A stretch of 63,935 nucleotides of DNA, filler included, from Collodictyon triciliatum (lineage: Eukaryota): the NCBI GenBank assembly GCA_043381765.1. It is 5 parts of 5 records of this genome, joined end to end, with 100 filler letters (N's around TTAATTAATTAA, not from the genome) between each part and the next. Parts side by side here need not be neighbours in the genome. Positions count along the whole stretch, not along the records: positions 43,170 to 57,504 come from JBHJMP010001833.1; positions 57,605 to 63,935 come from JBHJMP010001851.1; 3 more parts are not named here. One strand, given 5' to 3'. The first letter of the stretch is position 1. Each line of letters opens with the position of its first letter. The position numbers were made by a program, and so were the translations under genes. The notes under the pieces are model-generated. The model worked only from the letters and a program-made list of their open reading frames with translations. It ran no database searches and had not been told where the DNA came from. Below are positions 47,757 to 60,387 of this stretch, one piece after another.

Positions 47757-48565
47757 NNNNNNNNNNNNNNNNNNNNNNNNNNNNNNNNNNNNNNNNNNNN
47801 NNNNNNNNNNNNNNNNNNNNNNNNNNNNNNNNNNNNNNNNNNNNNNNNNNNNNNNNNNNNNNNNNNNNNNNNNNNNNNNNNNNNNNNNNNNNNNNNNNNN
47901 NNNNNNNNNNNNNNNNNNNNNNNNNNNNNNNNNNNNNNNNNNNNNNNNNNNNNNNNNNNNNNNNNNNNNNNNNNNNNNNNNNNNNNNNNNNNNNNNNNNN
48001 NNNNNNNNNNNNNNNNNNNNNNNNNNNNNNNNNNNNNNNNNNNNNNNNNNNNNNNNNNNNNNNNNNNNNNNNNNNNNNNNNNNNNNNNNNNNNNNNNNNN
48101 NNNNNNNNNNNNNNNNNNNNNNNNNNNNNNNNNNNNNNNNNNNNNNNNNNNNNNNNNNNNNNNNNNNNNNNNNNNNNNNNNNNNNNNNNNNNNNNNNNNN
48201 NNNNNNNNNNNNNNNNNNNNNNNNNNNNNNNNNNNNNNNNNNNNNNNNNNNNNNNNNNNNNNNNNNNNNNNNNNNNNNNNNNNNNNNNNNNNNNNNNNNN
48301 NNNNNNNNNNNNNNNNNNNNNNNNNNNNNNNNNNNNNNNNNNNNNNNNNNNNNNNNNNNNNNNNNNNNNNNNNNNNNNNNNNNNNNNNNNNNNNNNNNNN
48401 NNNNNNNNNNNNNNNNNNNNNNNNNNNNNNNNNNNNNNNNNNNNNNNNNNNNNNNNNNNNNNNNNNNNNNNNNNNNNNNNNNNNNNNNNNNNNNNNNNNN
48501 NNNNNNNNNNNNNNNNNNNNNNNNNNNNNNNNNNNNNNNNNNNNNNNNNNNNNNNNNNNNNNNNN
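47757..48565. other. Scaffold gap (N run)
   Basis: About 810 N. Confidence 0.98.
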
Positions 48566-49903
<1,338 letters not shown>

Positions 49904-50365
49904 ACGCTGACTCTGTCGTGGAGCTAAAGTGATGCACAATCCCAAAGTTATCTCCAAACATCTCGTTTGTGTCCTTCACTCTGTGTGCGAGGTTCTTTTT
50001 ATTTCGCCTGTAGTTGTGTGTGACAAAGAAAAGGGGAATGAATAGTGCAAAAGAACAGAACAGATTATTTTCCAATCAAAAGTAAACGGAAGTGACAATG
50101 AAAGCCAAAGAGGAGAGAAGAAAAGAGTCCAGTCAACAAGAAAAAGTTGTAGGGTTGTCGGCCGGGGATTGTTTTTGTTTTTGTTTTCTTCCTCTTCTCA
50201 TTCTCTGTTGTACCCACCCACGGTTAGGGGTTTGAAAACTGAAAACAACAAAGCCTGTAGAGAAAGGGGTAGGAAGAGCAACCTCCACACAGCGATGTAG
50301 AATGCGTGGGGCTTTTTCTCCTGTGCCTGCCCTCGCGTGTCTGTTGTTCGGGTGACCGCCGCCCC

Positions 50366-53300
50366 TTACTCAAAACTCATCATCTCAAGACCAGTGATGC
50401 TGTTGTCAAGAGACGCCCGGTACGATTGCATCGAGCCGATATGTTCTGAATCAGACTTTTGCGAGAGAAACTCGTCCTGCGACTCGTGCTCGTGCTCGTC
50501 CCAGTTGATGTAGAGTGGCGCGATGAACCGGCGGGACTTGGGCAGTGTGTACGGGTCGAAGGGGAAAAAGGGATCCAGTTGGTATTGCCCGCCCCACGAC
50601 TGCCGAGATGGGAGATGAAAAGATACGTTCTGTTGGATGATGGGCGCACAGTCCATTAGCTGACGGCTGCCACATATCTTTGCAAACTCGTTTACGACGG
50701 ATGGCAGACACACCTATCCATCCAGACCAGGGTGCATACATATGCAAGAATAGTATTACAGGTCTTGCATATCATAAACGGTGGAATTACAAGAAAAGGA
50801 TAAACAAAATAAATAAATAAATAAATAAATAAATATATAAATGGAATTCATCAGATTGTCTAGTATATGTATAAAAATAAAGATGTAAGGGGTTCTCCTT
50901 CAAGATGTGATTCATGGGTATCTTGATAGCAAGGCCACTGTTTATTAACTCAATTATTCTCTTCCAAAAGGAAGGGTAGATGGATGCATAATTATGTCTT
51001 ACCTTCAGTGGGTTGAAGCTGGACTCAACAACCCCGCGAATGTTGAGCAGGTTGAAATATTCGATGGGCTCGTCCAGTTCATCAAGGATTTCATCGTGTC
51101 GAAAGCAAAAAATGTAGAATATAGACTATTTTGATGAAGATACAAAGTGATTGTAGGGTTGTGCTTGTTAGATTCTCTTCTTTCCTTTCTTTTGAATCAT
51201 ATTGATGCAATGGTCTCTGTGTTCATCGAGAGTATATTCACCTGACAAACGTAGTACAAAACACCATGTTTTTCAATCTCCGTCCAACGAAACCGAGCGG
51301 CGTTTGTGGTTACGTACTCGGATGCAAAGTAGGTAAGATGCTCGAGACAGTTTCTGATTATATCTGGGGTCACATTCTTTGATCTAAAGGCGGAATATAT
51401 GTAAGAAGCAAACCTAAGACATTACTTCAGTTTTTCTTTTTCCTTAAACAAACAAAAAAAAACTTTGCAAACCTAATATCATAAATTTATTTTCAAAAAG
51501 TATACACTGGTGAACACCAACTATGTTATCATTCATTTTTGTTTTCTCAAAATAGAAATTCATCCATCATCTATTCGACACCAATATCACATCATGAAGG
51601 GAAAAAAATAAGAAAAAAAACGCAAAATAGACAACGATATCTGAAAATCACTTGCCTCGCAATAAAACTACCCATATAAGCAGCACAAGTTTGTCGAATT
51701 ACTCTGGTGGGCTCATTTGCACGGAGGGTTTCCAGCAAATGCGCGAGAAACGCCTCTGCAAACGACGAATCGAACGAGCATACGTAAAATATGAGAAACT
51801 GGACATACTTTGACTTTTGAGTGCGAATCATAGTGTTATCAAAGGATTCGATAAGAGCACCAAGAATCTCCTCGCTTTGTTCCAATCCATTAGTGGTTTG
51901 TATGGTCAAGAAATGTGACATCATGATATCCATCAGGTCATCCAGTTTACAGGCAAAATTCTCGGATTCTGATTGGCGAGTTGGGAGTGGTATCGTCGTT
52001 TGTTGTGGCGTGATGATAAGAGCAGAGGCCCCAGCCTCGGTATCGAAAGTAAACACCCCGGAATCACTTCCTCCATCTCCATCTCCATCGACCTCGCTAT
52101 CTGTCTTCACCTCCACCTAATGAATAGTCACATGTTATTCAAGAAGAAAAAGTATACCACTTTGAATCGAATAAAGGGGGAGGAAGATGAAAAAGTATAA
52201 TAAAGGGGAAAAAAGATGAAAAGTATACATATTGTGGTTATCAATACTCTAATGTAAGGTTCGAAATATTCAGATAGCAAACTAACTAAAGTTGGATAAG
52301 AGGATAGCTTTCTTAAAAAAAAAACAAAAACAATAACAATATATGAACATACATCCACTAGAATCATCTTTTCAATGATTAGGGACAGGACTCGTTTCTT
52401 CATAGGAGGGATACGTGTTATCAAGGCAAGAATGTTGCGCACAAAGAAATTGTGACTTAATGCGTCCACTTTCATGTGGGGATACATTGCTTCTATGGCT
52501 GGAAAGAGCAAACTGATAGCGGTAGGTACTGCTGCAATAACAAGACAAATGGAATCTATAACTTTGTCTTGCACAACAATATCAGTGATAACACTGCCAC
52601 GTTCATCTAGTAAAATCATGTAAGGTTACTATATAGGAGAGATATCACGAAATGACACTGAATATAAACGAAGAGAAAAGAATTGAAGCTCCTTTGAGAG
52701 ACAGTAGTATACATATACATCAAATATTTATCCGATTTTTCTCTTTTTGATTGTTCCTCTTTTTAATTGGTACATGAGTAAGGAAGGATTCATATAAAGG
52801 AATCACTTACCACAAACAGGAAGAAAACGTTCTACCATGGCCTGCAGACACATCCTTGCATGTGTCGGATATACACTGACGAGTTGGATTATAAAGGTGA
52901 TAAACGCATTGCTGATCTCCTTGTCGAGAACCTCTGAGACCACAGCAAACCTGGAATCTTGAGCGTTGGCCAGGCTAAGAGTTCCTGCATCCTCTAGGAG
53001 TTCTAGGGACAGAGTGAGGTGATTACAAAGCACAAAAATTAGGCAAATTGGTGGATAAAAAGTAATCAATCTTGTCAAAAGGATATACAAAAAGGACGAT
53101 GAGGATAATTCATGGAAGAATATGTCTTGGTGATATACTGGTGTAGGACGAAAATGGTTTTTTTTATATTTCGTTTAATTTTATTAAACGTATAAATCAA
53201 AGAAACCTAGAGAGCGGGAGCGCCCTTCTATCAAATCGCAATCGAGTATATCAGAAAGAATATCAGAGTTGCTTTCGTTTAGAAGATGGACACATGCAGA

Positions 53301-53828
53301 CAACGCAGATAACCACCGAATAGCGTTCTTTGAAAGAGATTTGAGGGACCGAATCATAAAGTTGTAATTATTCAGCTGCCCCTGCGTTTGTAAACACACA
53401 TGTTAGCAGAGAGCACAGGCAAGTATCAATAGAATATAAAGAGAAAATTGAAAACAAAACAAAACAAAACAAAACAAAACAGATTATGCATAAGAGACTC
53501 GCATACGCATTATGCAAATCAGCACCAAGAACAACAAAATAAATAAAATAAATAAATAAGAAGGAAACAAATAAAGAAATGAAAACTCATCGGCTACCTT
53601 CTTGCGCTGCTCGAAACTGTCCATCAGATACCGCACATCAGCATCAGCCGCCTGCGGAAGGGTATATTTCTCGACAACTTCGCTGAGCGCCTGCTGAACC
53701 GCCCCGGAAACCCCGACGATACGACTCGGTGTCCCGCGAGCTCTTTGGGCCATTGGCGATGGTGGTGTTGCTTGGTGCGTCGAATTCTGCGACCAGAGCA
53801 GCGTATTTGTGGATTCACTCTTTCTCAT
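50366..53828 (-). CDS. RRN3: RNA polymerase I transcription initiation factor RRN3 (TIF-IA)
   Basis: KLDDLMDIMM, TQKSKYVQFLIFYVCS, RQTCAAYMGSFIAR, FYIFCFRH, SSFNPLKVCLPSVVNEFA, LDPFFPFDPYTLPKS...PLYINW. Confidence 0.93.
52141..52199 (+). mobile_element. 27-bp LINE-tail micro-insertion with 16-bp target-site duplication (RRN3 intron)
   Basis: AAGAAGAAAAAGTATA + CCACTTTGAATCGAATAAAGGGGGAGG + AAGATGAAAAAGTATA (one mismatch). Confidence 0.7.
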
Positions 53829-53943
53829 CTCCTCTGTTTTCCTTTTTCTTCCTTGTCCTCTTCCTCTTCCTTCTACCTTAGTGCGGCTCTGCGCTTCTTG
53901 GTTTGTGTCGTCCTACAGCAGCACATGAGCGGATAAATATATG

Positions 53944-54022
53944 AAGGAAAACGAAAAGGAAAACGAAAAGGAAAACGAAAAGGAAAACGAAAAGGAAAAC
54001 GAAAAGGAAAACGAAAAGGAAA
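53944..54022. repeat. (AAAAGGAAAACG)n 12-mer repeat upstream of RRN3
   Basis: Read directly. Confidence 0.92.
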
Positions 54023-54120
54023 TTTAAGTGTGTGAAAGAAAAAAAAGAAAAAGAAAAAAGAAAATGATATGAATTTTGAAACACTATATTTTGTCGGACC
54101 AATTCCTTTAAGTTATTACG

Positions 54121-54305
54121 GTACTACAAAAACTACTACTGAGACTACCAAAGTCTTCCAAGACTACTACTTAGGCTACTAAGACGACTATGACTACTAT
54201 TTTGAATCGAATAAATAGGGAGAAAAAAAACTAAGGCTATTGCCAAGACCAAGACTACTAAAACTCAGAATACTGCTAAGACTATTGCTAAGACTACTTA
54301 TACTA
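54121..54305. repeat. Degenerate (ACTACTAAG)-like repeat
   Basis: Recurrent GACTACTA / CTAAGAC units. Confidence 0.6.
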
Positions 54306-56579
54306 AAAAGGAAGAAAGATAAGGAGAGTTCCCAGCCAAAGTGTGTTGTGATGATTACATATTCAATGAATTTTTTCTCTTATATTCAATGAATCATAAT
54401 CGTATCATTTTTTTTTTGGCGTGATGATGGTTCTGTACTATGTGTGACTACAAAAAGAAAAGAAGGATGATGAATGCCTTGATTTTTTGACTATGATTTG
54501 GGCGTGATTATTCTTTCTTTGTTTCTTGGTTCTATTTCGACATGAGCAATTAGTGTTTAATCCTTAACATACAATTTTCTTGATTCTTTTCTTATTATTG
54601 CCCGAAGGATTTACGTTGAATGATTCTAAGTGAAGATATGTCCTCTGCAATAGCGATCATCTCTAAAATCTCTCGGCGGATAGATACATACCATTTGAGA
54701 CAAGCAACACAAAGGCCAGGCATCTATACACCACGACGAGATAAAAGGATGAAAAGGGGGGGGAAGGAAGGTTGTACCACGAACAAAAGGAGGAAGAGCA
54801 AAAGTTTAACAGCAAGGATGATATATGTATCAACAACACGTGATACCTTATCCACAGAAACATGCTTGGAATCACCCAGGCCAAAGAGTTTCGTGCAGAA
54901 AAGGAAGGGTTACGTGTAGTGTCGTCTTTGCCGTAGGTCTATGATGCCTCCTTTCAGCTTTGGGAAGACTCCCTTTCTGCTTGTTTGTATCTTGAAGATA
55001 TTTTGTTGACTCGCCGCGAGTCTCTCTTTTATTCTGATAGTTTCTTTGTGTCATGCTGTGAGAGTGGCTGTGTCCCAGAGTTTCGACACTCATTTTTCTT
55101 TGCAAAGAGCCGCGTTTCACCGCGGAAATCCTTCCAGGTTGTTGGAATTCAATCCGAAGGTATCCGTACAAGCAAGAACAAAAGAAGGGGAGGAAGGATC
55201 GAGGGATGATCTCTTGTGTCTTTTTTTTTTTGTTAAAAAAAAACAGTCACTTTTATAGCCTCTAGTAGCTGGTTACTCTTTGATTTCTAAATGTTTGTCT
55301 TTCCTTTCTCCAAGTTGTTTGTGTCGCATAGTGACTCCAAAACAACCGGGTAGATCAGAAACCCAAACATTTCAAAGGCAAGAGCACGAAGAAAGATTAC
55401 TTTTCTTTCTAAGTGACACGAAATCCCTTCCTCCTTCCTTCCTTTTTTTTTTCTTTACAAGTCTTTTCTTGCTAGCGGCAAAGAAAGGAGGCCAAAATTA
55501 TGGTCCGATTACAGACCACTCCACAGCAGAGACAAGACAACCAGACAATAAGCAGAAAATTGCCCCTGCTATGCACCGCCATTCCTTCCAGCTTGCTTCT
55601 CTCAATTCCTTAAAACTCTGTGCTGCCGCATACTCAAATTCGTTGTCTTTTCAACCTCACAGTTGAAGGAAGACCCACAATGACGAGAGTATGAGAACAG
55701 CTAGCAGGAGAGAAGAGAGCGCAAGGGAGAAGTGCTTAGGTTTTGCGAGAGTGCTCTTTGTCTGCCTATCGATTCTGGTGTCCTTTAGGGGGGAAAGATG
55801 GGTTCTTTGTTGTGCTGGACGACCTTGACTCGTCCGCTTGGATGAACCACTAGTTTGTCTTCTTGAGACGGACTCACAAGAGAGGCCGAGGAACAACCAA
55901 GCAAGGAGAATTCACTGCCTTGCTTGCGTTCCACAATGGCTCTTGACAAGGTTTCTTTAGAGACCACGTTGACGGGGTCGTAGTGCGTTCTTGTTCTTGT
56001 CTTTGTCTCTTCTATTCTCCAAGAAGAGGAGAGGCATTTCCCTTCTGCGTTTCCTTCCCTTCTTTAAAAGCGATGAGTGGATCACCACAGAACACACAAG
56101 GCTATGTGTTCAAGGATAATGGCCAGGCACTTCAGGGCAGGCTGAGGATCAAGCAGAGTGGGTATTCTTCAGTCGCGGAGGGCAGGTCTTTCGCACAGGG
56201 CGGGCTTTGGCAGTCTTGGCCAGAGTGCAACCAGTGATTACAACTCGCCCAATACCTCTCGCCGAGAATAATCTAAGAACTCGGGTATAAGAAATGGTGT
56301 GGGCGTGATCGTATCGAGTTTTCGTCGAAATTTCAATGAACAGATCCAATGTGGAAGAGTCGCCACAACTAAAATACAAAGAATGACGGAAAAGAAAGGA
56401 GTATATTTAATGAATGAAAGCGCCGAATCACAATCAATAAAAGTATTTCTGGAATTTATACTTTAAGCCTATATTTAAGTGACAAGCAGAGGTTTTAGCC
56501 TTATCTACTCTACACATCGATTACTACCTGAAATTTTAAATTGAATTAATAAAATTCTCCCCCTCTGATGATTCACTCG

Positions 56580-56929
56580 AACCAGAAATCAATGTATCCA
56601 GGCTTGAGAGCCTCGTGCAATACAGCTTCCTGAACAACCTGCTGAAATACGCCCGCATTCTCGCTACTCTGAATACAAGCGAAGAGAGATGTGGGAATGT
56701 GTCGTTAGATATCTCCCACAGCATACCCAACCACCTGCTACCCACGCAACTAATCAACCAGTTGGGCCGCCCACCTGGCCAACTCGCTATCACTGACTTC
56801 TTTCCAGTGCTAGACTCTCCATAGTAGTGTCTTCTCTCACTCTTGTTTGCTCTCTCCCATGCGCACCTATCCCGCCCCTTTGTATGGCATAACCTCGCTA
56901 CACTTTGAATCGAATAAAGGAAAAAAAAA
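56580..56929 (+). mobile_element. LINE 3' end: ORF2 C-terminus, 3' UTR, AATAAA and poly-A
   Basis: RLESLVQYSFLNNLLKYARIL/YSEYKRREMW...QLAITDFF aligns with RLNDIIQISFLNSFLRHLHVLYYSDPVRRDMW...QLLITDYF of the 34-kb element; ends CTTTGAATCGAATAAAGG(A)9. Confidence 0.8.
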
Positions 56930-57407
56930 CAAGAGAATTCAAAGACCTATACGAAAATTTCTTTTATCATGATTTTTCAAATCGCTGTCCATCACCCTGC
57001 GGTTGTGTTGCGTTGTGGCACAATATCCTTCGTCGGGTTGCAAAAGCTATATTTCCACATTTGAAAACACGATGTACGTACATTCAGCCGCGTTGCCGGA
57101 TTTAACCATTTTTATGTTTCCTCTGCTCAACCCTTGAATCGAACAAATGAAAAAAAAACAATAAAATCTTTCCTTTGCTCTCGGCCGCGCGCCAGCAGGA
57201 AGGAAGCTGGAAACCGGCGAGATCGAGCGGTTGCGTGTCTGTGATATTGGCTGGGCGTTGGGACGTGGAAAAGAGCGCACTTAGCCAAGTCATAAGAAAA
57301 AGAAACTATTGCTCGACGGAACAACATAATGTCCCTTCTGCTTCCATCTTTTCTAGCCCCTACCCCAATATGAGTGTCTCGGTTGATCGCTACAGCCTAC
57401 TCAAGAT

Positions 57408-57408
<1 letters not shown>

Positions 57409-57438
<30 letters not shown>

Positions 57439-57504
57439 CATTATCATTATCATTATCATTATCATTATCATTATCATTATCATTATCATTATCATTATCA
57501 TTAT
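57409..57504. repeat. (TATCAT)n hexamer at contig end
   Basis: Read directly. Confidence 0.95.
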
Positions 57505-57604
57505 NNNNNNNNNNNNNNNNNNNNNNNNNNNNNNNNNNNNNNNNNNNNTTAATTAATTAANNNNNNNNNNNNNNNNNNNNNNNNNNNNNNNNNNNNNNNN
57601 NNNN
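57505..57604. other. Artificial contig linker
   Basis: N44-TTAATTAATTAA-N44. Confidence 0.97.
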
Positions 57605-57670
57605 CCATATATTGAATTAGATATAATAATAAGTAAAAAAACGCAGAAAACAATTGAGGATGAAATAATC

Positions 57671-57712
57671 TGATATTTATTTATTCTATATATCTAGAAT
57701 AAATAAATATCA
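57671..57712. repeat. Perfect 18-bp inverted repeat with 6-nt loop
   Basis: TGATATTTATTTATTCTA-TATATC-TAGAATAAATAAATATCA. Confidence 0.9.
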
Positions 57713-57716
57713 AAAA

Positions 57717-59552
57717 CCAGAGTATCGAAATGTGAAAACATCTCTAAAGTCGATTGTAAAGAATGCGGATGACTATGAAAAAAAAATAATCAACGATACA
57801 GTTTTATTGTGTCATAATTTGGCTACCGAAATTTATCTGTTTGCAAGATGTTACATATTGAAATCATAACAACTCCCAACAATCGATGAAAAGTTTTTTT
57901 TTGTACGCTTTAAAGACAGTCGGAAAAATTTCACAAGATAGACCCGTAATATATATATATATATATGAGAGAAAACATGATGACTTTTATCTCAATGATT
58001 TTCGATTCGTTTTGTCCCGAGAAGAGCGCTTTCCGTAGGTTGGACTGTCTCATGTATTACCGTACTTGGCGAGGCAAATGCTAACAGCTCATCATAATAA
58101 CATTAAGGAACATTTTGCAAAGAGGTTACTGCGCTTTATAAATCAAATAGTTCCTAAAGATGAGAATATGACGGAAGCTATTAAAAAGGCAGAGTTACGA
58201 AAGTTAAAAAAAAGCCATCTTCAAGAAACTCGAAATACCGGAACAATATAAAGGATGGGCTATAATGCATTTGAATCGTATCATTCCCAGCGATATTGTA
58301 AATGGTATCGCATATCACGTCAAAGTAAATCCAAATAAGTACCTTTCCATGTCTGATTTACATAAATCGCATTTTTGAGGACATCGGAACCAAACTGTTT
58401 CAACCAATCTCTAGAAGAACTACCAATATACCGTGTCATAATACCTTAAATAAAGCATGTTTGATAGATATATTGGTATTATCTGGAAAAACATTATTAA
58501 TGAAGAATATATCAGGATGCAATGAGACCCTATGGGATGAGTTCTTTGAAATGAAGAAGAGGGTCTTACATCAAAGAGACTAAAATTTTAAATACATGAT
58601 ACAAACACACGAGTTGGCGGTGTCATTATTGTTTGAATAGAAAGTTATTTCAAATTCAAGATTCAGATATAATCAAACAACCGAAGAATGTGTTTATGTA
58701 GATGAACTTTCCGAAGAGCAGTTATCTTTATTAGCGACAAATAAAAAAAAATAGTCGGAGTGGACGCAGGTAAGTTTAATTTTGTTTACATGGTGGATGA
58801 GACAGATAAGAAATTACGTTACATGGCACACCAAAGGTGTGATAGCAAATCTCTTAAAAATCACAAAATACTTTTGTGCGAGAAAAAAAAGTGAAATGCT
58901 TCAGGGATATGCATGGCAACAGGTTTACAAAGTGCTATTTCTTTTGGTCTCAGGACTTTTTAAGAGTATCAGCAGTTTGAGACATTAAGAGTATATTTAA
59001 TCGATTTAGAGACAGAACTGAGTAAACATAATTCATGAACGTTGATTATGAATAATTTCGAAAATATGTATCTATAAAACCATGATTCCAGACAGAATTA
59101 TCCAGATTTTATGAAAAAGTAACTTTTCGAAAGATGAGATGGAGACAGTAATTTAATACAAAAAGAGGTGAACAATTGCTTGTGAACCGAATCGAAAAGA
59201 CATTTGGCAAGGATGTTGTACTGGCGTATGGAGACTGGAGTAGAAAATCTTTGATGAAACATTTCATGCCAACAATCGGAAGAGAATTATGAAAAATACC
59301 ATCCAAACGTTTTGAAACAGTGAGTGTGGATGAATTTAGAACCTCCGATATGTGTTGTAACCGCGAAAAAGAACTGGAATATGTGAAACCGAAAGGAAAC
59401 TCAAAAAAAAAGTGTATAGATGCCTCATATGTAAAGAACGCAATCGCTCAGAAAGCAAACAAAGTGTATTCTTGACAAAGGACTTTAACAGCGCCATTGA
59501 TATGCTCGAGAGTTCTTTTAACCCTTTAAAATATGCATTCACCTTCCTTTAA
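57717..59552 (+). pseudogene. Fanzor1 (eukaryotic TnpB-like RuvC nuclease), disrupted
   Basis: Joined frames: YRNVKTSLKSIVK, LPTIDEKFF, PYLARQMLTAHHNNIKEHFAKRLLRFIN, YMIQTHELAVSLLF, RuvC-I IVGVDAGK (D at 58763), LAYGDWS..MKHFMPTIG, RuvC-II VSVDEFRTSDMCCN (E at 59332), YRCLICKE, RuvC-III TKDFNSAIDML (D at 59481). Several in-frame stops and frameshifts. Confidence 0.88.
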
Positions 59553-59559
59553 AAAAAAT

Positions 59560-59626
59560 AGGCTGTTGGGTCTTTCCTGGCAGCCTTCACTGCTACACAA
59601 TCTTTGTGAAAAAAGTGGTGAGACCT
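59560..59626 (+). ncRNA. Putative Fanzor omegaRNA scaffold
   Basis: Two adjacent stems with G-U pairs starting 8 nt after the Fanzor stop: AGGCUGUUGGG/CCUGGCAGCCU (59560-59586) and UCACUGCU/AGUGGUGA with inner CACA/UGUG (59587-59621). Confidence 0.5.
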
Positions 59627-60387
59627 TGGATACTAGCGGACGAAGTTTACCAATCGAAGGATTGTTATAGTCATAGTTATACAAGCAAGCTGTCATTATA
59701 AAGTAATAATTTATGAGTCATAGCATCAAGATTTATTTAACCGTTCCCTTCTTTTCCCACTTTTATTTTTTTTTTTATTTTTTTTTTTTTTAATGGAAAC
59801 GAAAGCGAGATGTCTTCTGTGTTCTCCACTACCAGAGAGGCCAGTGAGCGAAAATCGGCTGGTGGGAGCTCCTGCAACCAGCGCGTGCCCTCCGAATTTC
59901 CGTATTGTGTTTCCAGAAAAGGATACATTTCCAGATCTGCTGACCCTCGAAGTTGTGTTTCGAAATTGACGGAGCCTGCTATCGACACCACGAATCCTCT
60001 CGCGCTCTCCCCGCTTCTGTCCTGTAACCTTGCGCCCGGTGGATTCTTGTGGAATCAAGCGTAAGTGTGGCCCAGTCTGCAACCCTACTTGAATGGCTAG
60101 TAGATTCACTTAACTCCTGAAGAAATGAAATACTGCCGCTAGCCCGTTCCCCTGCTCTTTTCATTTCATTGGGGATTTGTCTGGCTGCAAGCGTCGCGAA
60201 GAACGCACCTTTGATCACACACAAACTTACGCTCCGCATCCTCCCAATCCTATTTTTCCCTTGGAGATAACCAGTCGGAGCCCTGCCAAAGGCCATATGA
60301 TCCTACCTGCCAACCCACCTTGATCGCGTGTCGCACTCCTCACCCATATGTTTGGTTTGTAGCCTTCAAAAAAACTCTGAAACAAGC

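Noticed and set aside
57177-57232. GC-rich hairpin containing GGAAGGAAGC, reminiscent of SRP RNA
   Set aside because: The conserved SRP helix-8 context is not present; an isolated hairpin is not enough.
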